From NCBI GenBank assembly GCA_041750915.1, contig JBGSYJ010000248.1, forward strand, positions 1 through 59,881: a stretch of DNA of 59,881 nt. Direction: 5' to 3'. The DNA comes from Thermoanaerobaculia bacterium (GTDB lineage: Bacteria > Acidobacteriota > Thermoanaerobaculia > Gp7-AA8). Of the stretch, positions 22,861 to 31,080 are shown one piece after another (the stretch's first letter is position 1; each line of letters starts with the position of its first letter). Below the pieces are notes generated by a model. It was given only the letters and a program-made list of their open reading frames with translations, searched no databases and had not been told where the DNA came from. A program made the translations under genes and the position numbers.

Positions 22861-24108
22861 TTAGAGCCCTCTCAACTGACTTCCGAACTCTTCTTCCGAC
22901 CGTGCGCGGATTCTCGCTTCTTCTTCGCTGATTGCGCCGACGCGGACGAGCTGGGCGAGCGATTCCTCGAACGTGATCATTCCCTGGCGCTTGCCGAGAG
23001 TGAGCTCCTGCCTGAGATTCTGAAGGCGCTCGTTGCGAATGTGATTGCGGATCGCCGTATTTGCAAACATCACTTCCACGGCGGGCACCCGGCCGCGACC
23101 TTCCGCGCGGGGCACGAGTTGCTGGCAGGCGATCGCATGCAGGCTGAGGGCTAGCTGGTGACGGACCTGGCCCTGCTGCGCTGGCGGAAAGACGTCTACC
23201 ATCCGGTGAATCGCCTGAGATGCATCACTCGTATGAAGCGTCGACAGGATGAGATGTCCGGTTTCAGCCGCTGTCAGTGCAGTTGCCACGGTGTCGAGAT
23301 CGCGCATCTCGCCGACGAGGATGACGTCGGGATCCTGTCGGAGTGCGGCGCGAAGCGCGGCAGAGAATGTTGGCGTATCACGACCGACCTCGACCTGCTC
23401 GATGATTGCGCGGACGTTGCGGTGCTCGTATTCGATCGGATCTTCGATCGTCACGATGTGGATCGGACGGGACTTGTTCAGCTCTCCGACAAGAGCCGCC
23501 AGCGTGGAAGACTTGCCCGAGCCGGTGGGTCCACAAACGAGAACGAGTCCGCGGGTAGGGCGCACGAGCTCGCTGAACACAGGCGGAAGATTCAGATCAG
23601 CAAGCGTCGGAACCTGCATCGGGAGGGCTCTGATAGCTGCGGCGAGTTGACCCCTCTGTCGATGCAGATTGATCCGGAATCGCCAAGCTCCAGCGAGATT
23701 CGCGTCTCCCTCCGTGGTCCCGGGACCAAGACGAAGCGAGAAATCGGTTGAGCCTTCTTTCTCCAGTCTCTCCGTCGTCTTCCGATTCAGAAACGGAGCA
23801 AACATCGTCTGAACATCCTCGGAATCGAGCGGCCCCTGGTCCAGAGAAGTGAGCTGACCAGACAACCGGAGGACAGGCGGAGCCCCGGTGATCAGAAGCA
23901 GATCGCTCGCACCACGCCGGGCCATCTCCCGGAGAACTCTCTCCAGCGGGCTCCCGAGGCCGGGCTCCGTCTGCAGGGGACGCTCGGCGCGACGGCGCTC
24001 GCTATCGCTGCCTTCGTCCGACTCGTCGAGATTCGTTTGGGCGTCGCGGTCCCGATTCAGCTCCTCGACGAGGCGTTCGAGCTCGGGATTCTTGAAGAAG
24101 TCATTCAT
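22861..24108 (-). CDS. pilT: PilT-family type IV pilus retraction ATPase with about 70-aa acidic N-terminal extension
   Basis: Walker A GPTGSGKSST, IVTIEDPIEY, ALRQDPDVILVGEMRD, LSTLHT. Confidence 0.85.
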   Translation of the reverse strand: MNDFFKNPELERLVEELNRDRDAQTNLDESDEGSDSERRRAERPLQTEPGLGSPLERVLREMARRGASDLLLITGAPPVLRLSGQLTSLDQGPLDSEDVQTMFAPFLNRKTTERLEKEGSTDFSLRLGPGTTEGDANLAGAWRFRINLHRQRGQLAAAIRALPMQVPTLADLNLPPVFSELVRPTRGLVLVCGPTGSGKSSTLAALVGELNKSRPIHIVTIEDPIEYEHRNVRAIIEQVEVGRDTPTFSAALRAALRQDPDVILVGEMRDLDTVATALTAAETGHLILSTLHTSDASQAIHRMVDVFPPAQQGQVRHQLALSLHAIACQQLVPRAEGRGRVPAVEVMFANTAIRNHIRNERLQNLRQELTLGKRQGMITFEESLAQLVRVGAISEEEARIRARSEEEFGSQLRGL

Positions 24109-24154
24109 GGTGAGGGTTCTGATGAGCCTATTCCAAACGGAGATCGGGCGGACT

Positions 24155-24324
24155 TGTCATCCCGAGCCTGGTTGTGAGGGCGGGAGGGGCGAGGGAGCTC
24201 CGGCGGTAGTACATAGTCTATTGGTCAGGGGAAAGCCTCAGCCGGACCGCTCCTCGAGGGAACTATGCACCATCGCTGGAGGTCCCTCGCCCCTCCCGCA
24301 CACCCACGCTTGCTCGGGATGACA
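24155..24324. repeat. MITE-like palindrome, family F3 (about 170 bp)
   Basis: TGTCATCCCGAGCctggttgtgagggcgggaggggcgagggagctc..gtagtacatagt...ggaggtccctcgcccctcccgcacacccacgcttGCTCGGGATGACA. Confidence 0.9.
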
Positions 24325-24364
24325 ATCGGTTCATTCCTGGCGACCCTTCGCGAATTCCGCAAAT

Positions 24365-25150
24365 CTACTTCACCGGCTCCGGCGATTCGAAGATCGAGTC
24401 CGCCATCGACGCCGGCGCTTCGAGGCTCGGAAAGACGAGCTTGTTTTCCGAATCGACCGATGCGCGCTCGGGCGAAAGCAGCACTCCCCCGTACTTCTGC
24501 CAGTTGTTCCATCTCAGTTTTGTCGGGGGACCGTCGCCTCCCTTGAGCACGAAGCCCCACTGATCCATCAGGTGCGTTCTGCGGTTGATCCATGCCCAGT
24601 ACTTGTCGTTGGGCGTGAGGCCGACGTTGTCGAACGTCAGCATCACCTTGTCGTAGATCTGGCCGTCGAGCTCTTCCTCGCCCTCATAAGCAAGGATCAC
24701 TCCCGGGTCGTTCATCTTGTACGGCATGAGCAGCCAGTAGGTATCGTTGACCCAGTATGCGTAGGCATTTTCGAGGAAGGTGCGTTCTTCTTCCCCTTCG
24801 AGCTTCACTCCACCCTTCCATGCGTCGCCCTCGCGCGTGTTGATGTTGCTGAGGATGACGAAGGGCTCGCCTTCGCGGGTCTTTCCTTCGACGCGGTGAC
24901 GTCCCGTGTACTTGTCCCACCAGTGCGAACGGATCACGTTCGTCGCGCCGTCACGGACCGACGCAAAATCGAAGCGGAGGAACCGCAGGTCGTTCCAGGC
25001 TTTCTCTCCCCCCATCGCTTTCATCACGGAGCGGGAGAGCTCGACCGCCTTCGGATCGGAACGGCTGGGGTCGAAAGTCTTCGTCTGATCGGCGAACGTG
25101 GCGGACGCCGCAATCAGCAGGGGAACGATGAATCGAAGAGACTGCCGCAT
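24365..25150 (-). CDS. Secreted hypothetical protein
   Basis: Signal peptide MRQSLRFIVPLLIAASATFA. Trp/Tyr-rich beta-type body (YAYWVNDTYWLLMPYK). No family I can name confidently. Confidence 0.65.
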   Translation of the reverse strand: MRQSLRFIVPLLIAASATFADQTKTFDPSRSDPKAVELSRSVMKAMGGEKAWNDLRFLRFDFASVRDGATNVIRSHWWDKYTGRHRVEGKTREGEPFVILSNINTREGDAWKGGVKLEGEEERTFLENAYAYWVNDTYWLLMPYKMNDPGVILAYEGEEELDGQIYDKVMLTFDNVGLTPNDKYWAWINRRTHLMDQWGFVLKGGDGPPTKLRWNNWQKYGGVLLSPERASVDSENKLVFPSLEAPASMADSIFESPEPVK

Positions 25151-25215
25151 GTATACCTCCGTGTAAAGCGTGCGCGCCGGATTGTATCAACGTAGAAAAG
25201 GCGACGACCGAGAGA

Positions 25216-25374
25216 GTGTCATCCTGAGAGATTGTGAATAAATCGCAAGTGTCATCCCGAGCGTCGAGCGAGGGATCTGGGCGGTGGCCTTTTGCTCGAG
25301 AATCATCGCTTTTGCCGTGCCTTCTTGTCCAGGAAGCCCCCGCCCAGATCCCTCGCTCGACGCTCGGGATGACA
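25216..25374. repeat. Solo F1-type end plus full F2 MITE-like palindrome (126 bp)
   Basis: gtgtcatcctgagag at 25216. The F2 copy is at 25249-25374: gtgtcatcccgagcgtcgagcgagggatctgggcgg...ccgcccagatccctcgctcgacgctcgggatgaca. Confidence 0.9.
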
Positions 25375-25524
25375 GGTCTAAAGTCATGACACAACCTCGC
25401 ATTCCTCACTTGGTAACGATCTGATTTCATTGGCCGAAGTGGCCCGTCGCGGCATAGATGATGCATTCCAATAACCTCTGGACTCCCGTCCGAAAACTGA
25501 CGAATTGGAGATAAAACATCGCGC

Positions 25525-26280
25525 ATGCTGAAACCGAATGACATGGTACGAATCGCCGCCGTCGGCGACATCCACTATGGCAAGACTTCTCAGGGCGCGC
25601 TGCTGCCGCTTTTCCACCACGTTTCGGAGAACGCCGACATCTTTCTTCTCTGTGGTGATCTGACCGATTATGGTTTCCCCGAGGAAGCGCGCATCCTGGC
25701 CAGAGATCTGGCGTCGATCCGCGTCCCCATCATCGCCGTGCTCGGAAATCACGACTTCGAGTCCGACAAGCAGGACGAAGTCGTCCATATCCTCACCGAC
25801 GCCGGCGTGACTGTTCTCGACGGAGACTCAACCGAGGTCCATGGCATCGGGTTCGCCGGAGTCAAGGGCTTTGGAGGTGGCTTCGGCCGGAGGGCGCTTG
25901 GCCCGTGGGGAGAGAAGGTCATCAAGGCGTTCGTCCAGGAGGCGCTCGACGAGTCGCTCAAACTGGAAGCCGCTCTCGCCAGACTTCGAACGCCGGAAAA
26001 GATCGCCGTTCTCCACTACGCACCCATAGCCGCGACGTGCGTTGGTGAACCGCCGGAGATCATGCCCTTTCTCGGGTCGAGCCGGCTGGAAGAACCTCTG
26101 ATCCGGTACCGGGCGACAGCGGTTTTCCACGGTCACGCACACCACGGCAGCCCTGAGGGCCGGACAAAAAGCGACATTCCTGTATTCAATGTCTGCTATC
26201 CGCTGCTCAAACGGCTCGATCCGGAGGGTATCGGCGTTAGAATGTTTGAAGTTCCAGCCGCGGCTCCATCGATCGCCTGA
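25525..26280 (+). CDS. Calcineurin-like metallophosphoesterase
   Basis: Motifs VGDIHYG, CGDLTDYG, VLGNHDFE, FHGHAHHG. Confidence 0.85.
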   Translation: MLKPNDMVRIAAVGDIHYGKTSQGALLPLFHHVSENADIFLLCGDLTDYGFPEEARILARDLASIRVPIIAVLGNHDFESDKQDEVVHILTDAGVTVLDGDSTEVHGIGFAGVKGFGGGFGRRALGPWGEKVIKAFVQEALDESLKLEAALARLRTPEKIAVLHYAPIAATCVGEPPEIMPFLGSSRLEEPLIRYRATAVFHGHAHHGSPEGRTKSDIPVFNVCYPLLKRLDPEGIGVRMFEVPAAAPSIA

Positions 26281-26303
26281 CGCAGTAAGAACGAGGAGGC
26301 ACC

Positions 26304-26837
26304 ATGGCAGACAACGACGAGGACCGCCCGAAGACGCAGGCCGAGTCTGATTACGAAGAAGACTACCTGCCAGCGCCAAAGTATTACGGTGACGATTCGG
26401 CCGGACCCACGGATCGAACCGATCCCAAATACGACGACAGTGCACCGGCCGGTCCGGCCACTCCGCCTGAAGCGGATGCCAGTTACGACAGGCGCCGTTA
26501 CTCGGAAGAAGAGCTTTCGAAACTGAGCGGCGGAGTGCACGGCAATGACGAATGGTTCGCAAGCGGCGCCGGCGTCGCGAATGAGCCTTTCGAGAGAAGC
26601 TGGACGGGACTGCGACGTCCGAGTGGCTCAACTACTCAACGTCCTTCGACAGGCATCCTTCGCGTTTCCGCGGCTCAGGACCGGCGAAGCATCACACGGC
26701 GTGATCTGGGACACGATCCTTTCGTGGAACGGGTCGGAGCCGACGAGCGTCGCTCGATGCAGCAGGATCGCAGGAGCGGTTCGGCAACAGAACGTTACGC
26801 ACAATCTCGAAAGCCGGCGCCTCCGCGCAGTCGCTAG
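26304..26837 (+). CDS. Acidic/Arg-rich low-complexity (probably disordered) hypothetical protein
   Basis: ATG lies 5 nt after GAGGAGG. The 177-aa product has no recognisable domain. The alternative overlapping frame (26545..) looks non-coding upstream of 26899. Confidence 0.45.
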   Translation: MADNDEDRPKTQAESDYEEDYLPAPKYYGDDSAGPTDRTDPKYDDSAPAGPATPPEADASYDRRRYSEEELSKLSGGVHGNDEWFASGAGVANEPFERSWTGLRRPSGSTTQRPSTGILRVSAAQDRRSITRRDLGHDPFVERVGADERRSMQQDRRSGSATERYAQSRKPAPPRSR

Positions 26838-26898
26838 CCGCGTCGCCAGCCGTTTCTATCAGGCGTGCCCTGCGCGCCACTTAGGTTTACGTCGCCCC

Positions 26899-28227
26899 AT
26901 GACTCAATCAATTTCCATGACTCTTGACCGCGCACCCCTGCTCGAGTGGTTCGACCGCAATCGAAAGCGCACGCAGGAAATCTTCGCGCTCGTCGACAAG
27001 TCGGCGTATTACGAGCGGCCGATCCAACTGCGAAATCCAGTCGTGTTCTACGAAGGACACATCCCTGCATTCAGCGTCAATACACTGCTCAAGGGTGCTC
27101 TGGGAAAGCCGGGAATCGATCAGGAGCTCGAAGTGCTCTTCGCGAGAGGAATCGACCCCGAGACCGTCCAGGCGGCGGACCAGAGCCAGGCGTCCCTCTG
27201 GCCATCCCGCAGCGAAGTGCTGCGTTACGTCCACGCAGCGGACGAGAGCGTCCGCAACGCGCTCGAATCTTCCGAGATCGACAACCCGGACGATCCGAGG
27301 CGCCAGCGCGCGCTCTCAGCCTTTACCATTCTCGAGCACGAGGCGATGCATCAGGAGACGCTTCTCTACATGCTTCACCAGCTGCCTCATGAGGCCAAAC
27401 ACCCTCCGCCGGATCGCCACCCGGCTCCGGAGGTTTCGAGGCGTGAGCGGGGAACCGTGCGCATTCCCGCCGGCACTGCGACCCTCGGAGCACAACCCGA
27501 CGAGATCACCTTCGGCTGGGACAACGAGTTCCTCAGTCACCAAGTCGAAGTCAATTCGTTCGATTGCGACAAAGTGAACGTGACGAACGGCGAGTACCTC
27601 CGCTTCGTCGAGTCGGGAGGCTACTCGCAGCAGCAGTGGTGGCCGGATGAGGGATGGCAGTGGATCACTGGAAACAGGATCCACTACCCGCGCTTCTGGG
27701 GACGGGATGGCAATCAGTGGGTGTGGCGCGGCATGTTCGAGTGGCTTCCGCTGCAGGAATCGTGGCCCGTCTACGTCAGCCATTTCGAGGCGGCCGCCTA
27801 CGCGAGGTGGAAAGGCAGGCGGCTGATGACGGAGGCTGAATTCCATCGCGCCGCCTACGGTTCGCCATCGGGTGAGAGGCCGTTCCCGTGGGGCGACGAT
27901 CCTCCCGAACCGCGGCATGGAAACTTCGGATTCCGGCACTACGACCCCTGCCCGGTGGGATCGTTTCCGGAGGGAAGGAGCGCGTGGGGAGTGCATGACC
28001 TCGTCGGGAACGGCTGGGAGTGGACCTCGACCGTATTCTCTCCCTTCGCCGGTTTCGAGCCGATGGCTTCCTATCCGCAGTATTCCGCCGACTTCTTCGA
28101 CGGCAAGCATTTCGTCCTGAAGGGCGCGTCGCCTGCAACGGCGCTCCCCTTGATACGCCGCTCGCTCCGCAACTGGTTCCGCCCGAATTATCCATACGTA
28201 TACGCCAAGTTCCGCTGCGTGAACTGA
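26899..28227 (+). CDS. EgtB/OvoA-like sulfoxide synthase (DinB_2 N-domain plus FGE-sulfatase/SUMF1 C-domain)
   Basis: Trimmed to ATG 26899. N-domain VFYEGHIPAF, ILEHEAMHQETL. C-domain VTNGEYLRFV, SHFEAAAYARWKG.RLMTEAEF, GNGWEWTST, RSLRNWF. Confidence 0.7.
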   Translation: MTQSISMTLDRAPLLEWFDRNRKRTQEIFALVDKSAYYERPIQLRNPVVFYEGHIPAFSVNTLLKGALGKPGIDQELEVLFARGIDPETVQAADQSQASLWPSRSEVLRYVHAADESVRNALESSEIDNPDDPRRQRALSAFTILEHEAMHQETLLYMLHQLPHEAKHPPPDRHPAPEVSRRERGTVRIPAGTATLGAQPDEITFGWDNEFLSHQVEVNSFDCDKVNVTNGEYLRFVESGGYSQQQWWPDEGWQWITGNRIHYPRFWGRDGNQWVWRGMFEWLPLQESWPVYVSHFEAAAYARWKGRRLMTEAEFHRAAYGSPSGERPFPWGDDPPEPRHGNFGFRHYDPCPVGSFPEGRSAWGVHDLVGNGWEWTSTVFSPFAGFEPMASYPQYSADFFDGKHFVLKGASPATALPLIRRSLRNWFRPNYPYVYAKFRCVN

Positions 28228-28312
28228 GGGACTTTCCGCGCCACCCTCGCGCGGGCACGAGAGCCGCTAGTCCCCGGAACAGTCCAATTCGACTCACGAA
28301 AGGAAGCGACAC

Positions 28313-28921
28313 ATGGGAAACATCCAGTCTTACAAGCCGCGCCAGTTCGATCTCAGCGGGCTCAACGGAATCTCGGATGAGACGCTCGAGATGCACTTCA
28401 AGCTCTATGAGGGCTACGTCACCAACACAAATACCCTGACCGAGAAGATCGCGAAGATTTTCGAAGACAAGAAGGTCGATCAGGAGGAGATGCCGGCCTA
28501 CTCGGAGCTCACCCGAAGATTGGGCTTCGAATACAACGGAATGGTGCTCCATGAGTACTACTTCGAGAACATGAAAAAGGGCGGCGGAGACGATCCGGAG
28601 AAGAGCTCGAAGTTCTTTCAGGGAACCGAGGCGAGGTTCGGCGACTACGAGACATGGAAGGCCGACTTTTTCAACATCGGAAAAATGCGGGGCGTCGGCT
28701 GGGCAATCTGCTATCAGAATCCCGCGAACGGGGCGTTGTCGAACCACTGGATCTCGATGCATGAGGACGGGAATGTCGCAGGCTTCACCCCGATCCTCGT
28801 CATGGACGTGTGGGAACACGCCTTCCTTCTCGACTACAAACCAGCCGACCGGCCGAAGTACATCGAAGCGTTCTTTTCGAATGTTGATTGGGGAGCCGTG
28901 GAGAAAAGGCTGAAGCAGTAG
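28313..28921 (+). CDS. Fe/Mn superoxide dismutase family protein
   Basis: C-terminal metal-ligand block DVWEHAFLLDY. Further blocks LEMHFKLYEGYV and NGMVLHEYYF. AGGAAG lies upstream of the start. Confidence 0.75.
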   Translation: MGNIQSYKPRQFDLSGLNGISDETLEMHFKLYEGYVTNTNTLTEKIAKIFEDKKVDQEEMPAYSELTRRLGFEYNGMVLHEYYFENMKKGGGDDPEKSSKFFQGTEARFGDYETWKADFFNIGKMRGVGWAICYQNPANGALSNHWISMHEDGNVAGFTPILVMDVWEHAFLLDYKPADRPKYIEAFFSNVDWGAVEKRLKQ

Positions 28922-28980
28922 ATCGTTGACGTCGCACGTCCCACGTCGATCTCGCTACAATCTGATTTCTGGCGCCCCGA

Positions 28981-29625
28981 GTGTTCTCCAGAGTATCGAT
29001 AGGACCCGTTCCGGGTTGCGTGACCCGGCCAACAGCTCCCGGTGCCACATTCCAGCCGCAGGCGGTCATCTGGGGCGATAGAGGCAACATTCAGGGCACG
29101 TTCCTTCAGGTCGAGAAGGGTTTCGTGGACCAGGTGAGCCTTCAGCTGCGGGTTCGCGATCTCAGAGATGAAGAGAGGGGATTCGGCACGGAGCTGCCGG
29201 TCGTTTCGGAGGACGAATTCAGGTCCGACAGGATCGTTCTTCTGGATCTGCCGGTCCGGCCGGGATACCGCACGACGCTGCGGGCATACAGTCTGGATCC
29301 GGTCGTCGCTCCCGCCGTGATCGTGCGCGTGTACGGGCTGTCCAACGACACTCTGTTGCCGCCACCGAACTCGCCTCTCCCCCAGCTCCTGAGTGAACAG
29401 AGGTACGAGCTCCAGGTTCCTCCGTCCAGCATCCGCGAGTGGGTGCCTGATTACCTGCAACTCGACCTCGACCTGAATGCATTCGCGCCATGGCGACAGG
29501 TCATGCTCGAGATCATTCCGGATATCGAGGGAATGAGGATCTGGTCGTTTGCGAGCGCTACGAACAACGTCACGCAGCAGATCACCACGATCAGTCCTCA
29601 TCCGGGTACGGGGCCGGGCGAGTAG
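28981..29625 (+). CDS. Hypothetical protein
   Basis: GTG-initiated ORF with G/C-dominated third codon positions on this strand. The co-phased minus ORF 28834..29673 is Arg-rich and shadow-like. No SD and no recognised family. Confidence 0.45.
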   Translation: MFSRVSIGPVPGCVTRPTAPGATFQPQAVIWGDRGNIQGTFLQVEKGFVDQVSLQLRVRDLRDEERGFGTELPVVSEDEFRSDRIVLLDLPVRPGYRTTLRAYSLDPVVAPAVIVRVYGLSNDTLLPPPNSPLPQLLSEQRYELQVPPSSIREWVPDYLQLDLDLNAFAPWRQVMLEIIPDIEGMRIWSFASATNNVTQQITTISPHPGTGPGE

Positions 29626-29640
29626 CCGTTCAGGACACGT

Positions 29641-29665
29641 AGCGGGAGATTCCGATCTCCCCGCT
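29641..29665 (+). terminator. GC hairpin 16 nt after the stop of the 28981..29625 ORF
   Basis: agcgggagat-tccg-atctccccgct. The stem has one bulged G. No clear U-tract. Confidence 0.4.
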
Positions 29666-29682
29666 CTCGTCATCGTTCATCT

Positions 29683-29842
29683 GACGCGTTGTGGCGCCAG
29701 GGCCATTGCATTACACATCAAGAGTCGGCCAATAGAATGCGCCGCCACGAGCCGGTGTGCCTCCATCTTACGCGTCGTGGCGCCAGCACCCGCGAGCCTT
29801 TCACACCGCGGAGGAACGGCGCATCGGAATGCGCCGCTACGA
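29683..29842. repeat. Two tandem units of about 87-92 bp, each bounded by ACGCGTnGTGGCGCCAG and GAATGCGCCGCnACGA
   Basis: Motif A is at 29683-29700 and 29769-29786. Motif B is at 29735-29750 and 29827-29842. Within a unit, GTGGCGCC and GCCGC(C/T)AC are near-complementary. Confidence 0.7.
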
Positions 29843-29847
29843 TACCC

Positions 29848-30996
29848 CTACCGCGGGACGAGAACAGGCGCGCTCTCAGTCGCAGCGCCCTCGTTACCCT
29901 GACGATCGACGCTGCTCACCCAGTAGGTGTACGTGATTCCCCGCGGAGGGTCGGCATCGCGGAAGTTTGTATCGGTGATCGGCTTCGGTGTCAGCAGAAC
30001 TTTCACCCTCGTCTCGCTCAGTCGGTAGACGAGATACCCCGCGAGGTCAGAGGCTTCGACCGCATCCCACAGAAGCCTCACAGCACCCTCCTCCCCGAGG
30101 GTGATGACCTCGGGCGGCGGGGGAGGTGCGACGCGGTCTCGAAACTCTACCAGGACAGAGCTCGTCGGATCGCTCTGAATCAGCGGAGGTCCTACCGAGC
30201 TCACGGCGGTAACGATGTAGCGATGCAGGCCGTACGCAGGGGCATCGCTGAAGGATGTTTCCACCACGGGTGATGCATTGAGCGGGTTGCCGAGCTCGGC
30301 GATCGGTCCCTGCTCGGGAAAGCGGTAGATGTTGTATCCGACGAGAGAGGGAGGGACTCCTTCGACAATGGACGCCGCGGGCTCATCCCACTCGAGCAGA
30401 ACGTCCGCCTCTCGCGCTTCGGCCGTCACGCCGGTCGGCGATAGCGCGACTGCGACGGGAACGATCGAGACGAGATTGGACAGCTCACTGGGCCCGCCGG
30501 GCCCGCGCACGACGACTCCGTAGGTATGCCGCAGCGGCGCGCCGCCCTCGCCCCGTATCGGAGGAGTATCGGTGAAAATCACCTCGGCGCCGACCGTCAC
30601 CGCGGGAAGCTCAGACGCATCGATGGAATCGATCTCCGTACTGAGTGTGGAGAACGGCCGCGGCGGAAGCAGCGGAACATTTCTGAACAGAGCAACCTCG
30701 GGCGGCTGACCGGGCCGGACCTCTCCAGGAGTTACCTCTTCGGGACTCTTCCCCATCAAAGTCGGAGGGAGCGGCTCGGCGTAGCGACGGATCGAGATGC
30801 TCTCGATCGACGGCAGTCTGCCGCCCGCCGCCGTCATCGAGGGATAGCTGAATCTGAGGACCACGGTTGGCCCTAGCTGTGCTACAGAAAGGTCGGTCGT
30901 GGTTCTCGGTATGATTGGAACCGGGGGAGAAGGGTTGCCCTTCTTCCCACACCCGACCAGAAAGAGAACGAGAAGGATCGCGGTTGTCGTCTTCAT
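29848..30996 (-). CDS. Lipoprotein with fibronectin-type-III-like repeats
   Basis: Trimmed to ATG 30996, giving MKTTTAILLVLFLVGC (lipobox). FN3-like signatures LLEWDEP..LVGYNIYRF and LLWDAVEASDLAGYLVYRL. The longer track ORF would overlap glmS. Confidence 0.7.
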   Translation of the reverse strand: MKTTTAILLVLFLVGCGKKGNPSPPVPIIPRTTTDLSVAQLGPTVVLRFSYPSMTAAGGRLPSIESISIRRYAEPLPPTLMGKSPEEVTPGEVRPGQPPEVALFRNVPLLPPRPFSTLSTEIDSIDASELPAVTVGAEVIFTDTPPIRGEGGAPLRHTYGVVVRGPGGPSELSNLVSIVPVAVALSPTGVTAEAREADVLLEWDEPAASIVEGVPPSLVGYNIYRFPEQGPIAELGNPLNASPVVETSFSDAPAYGLHRYIVTAVSSVGPPLIQSDPTSSVLVEFRDRVAPPPPPEVITLGEEGAVRLLWDAVEASDLAGYLVYRLSETRVKVLLTPKPITDTNFRDADPPRGITYTYWVSSVDRQGNEGAATESAPVLVPR

Positions 30997-31080
30997 TCGA
31001 AGGCGCGAGGCTCGCGCGAGGCGCAATTCTAGGCGATCTTTCGAAGATCGGCCACATTCGCTCGAAAGGGAAACTACTAC

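Noticed and set aside
26545-26898. 118-codon N-terminal extension of the EgtB-like ORF.
   Set aside because: The extension is Arg/Ser/Ala-rich, overlaps the SD-led ORF 26304..26837 in another frame, and precedes the point where homology to DinB_2 domains begins.
30997-31080. A glmS ribozyme or other leader upstream of glmS.
   Set aside because: Only 84 nt separate the divergent start codons, and no ribozyme core motifs are visible.
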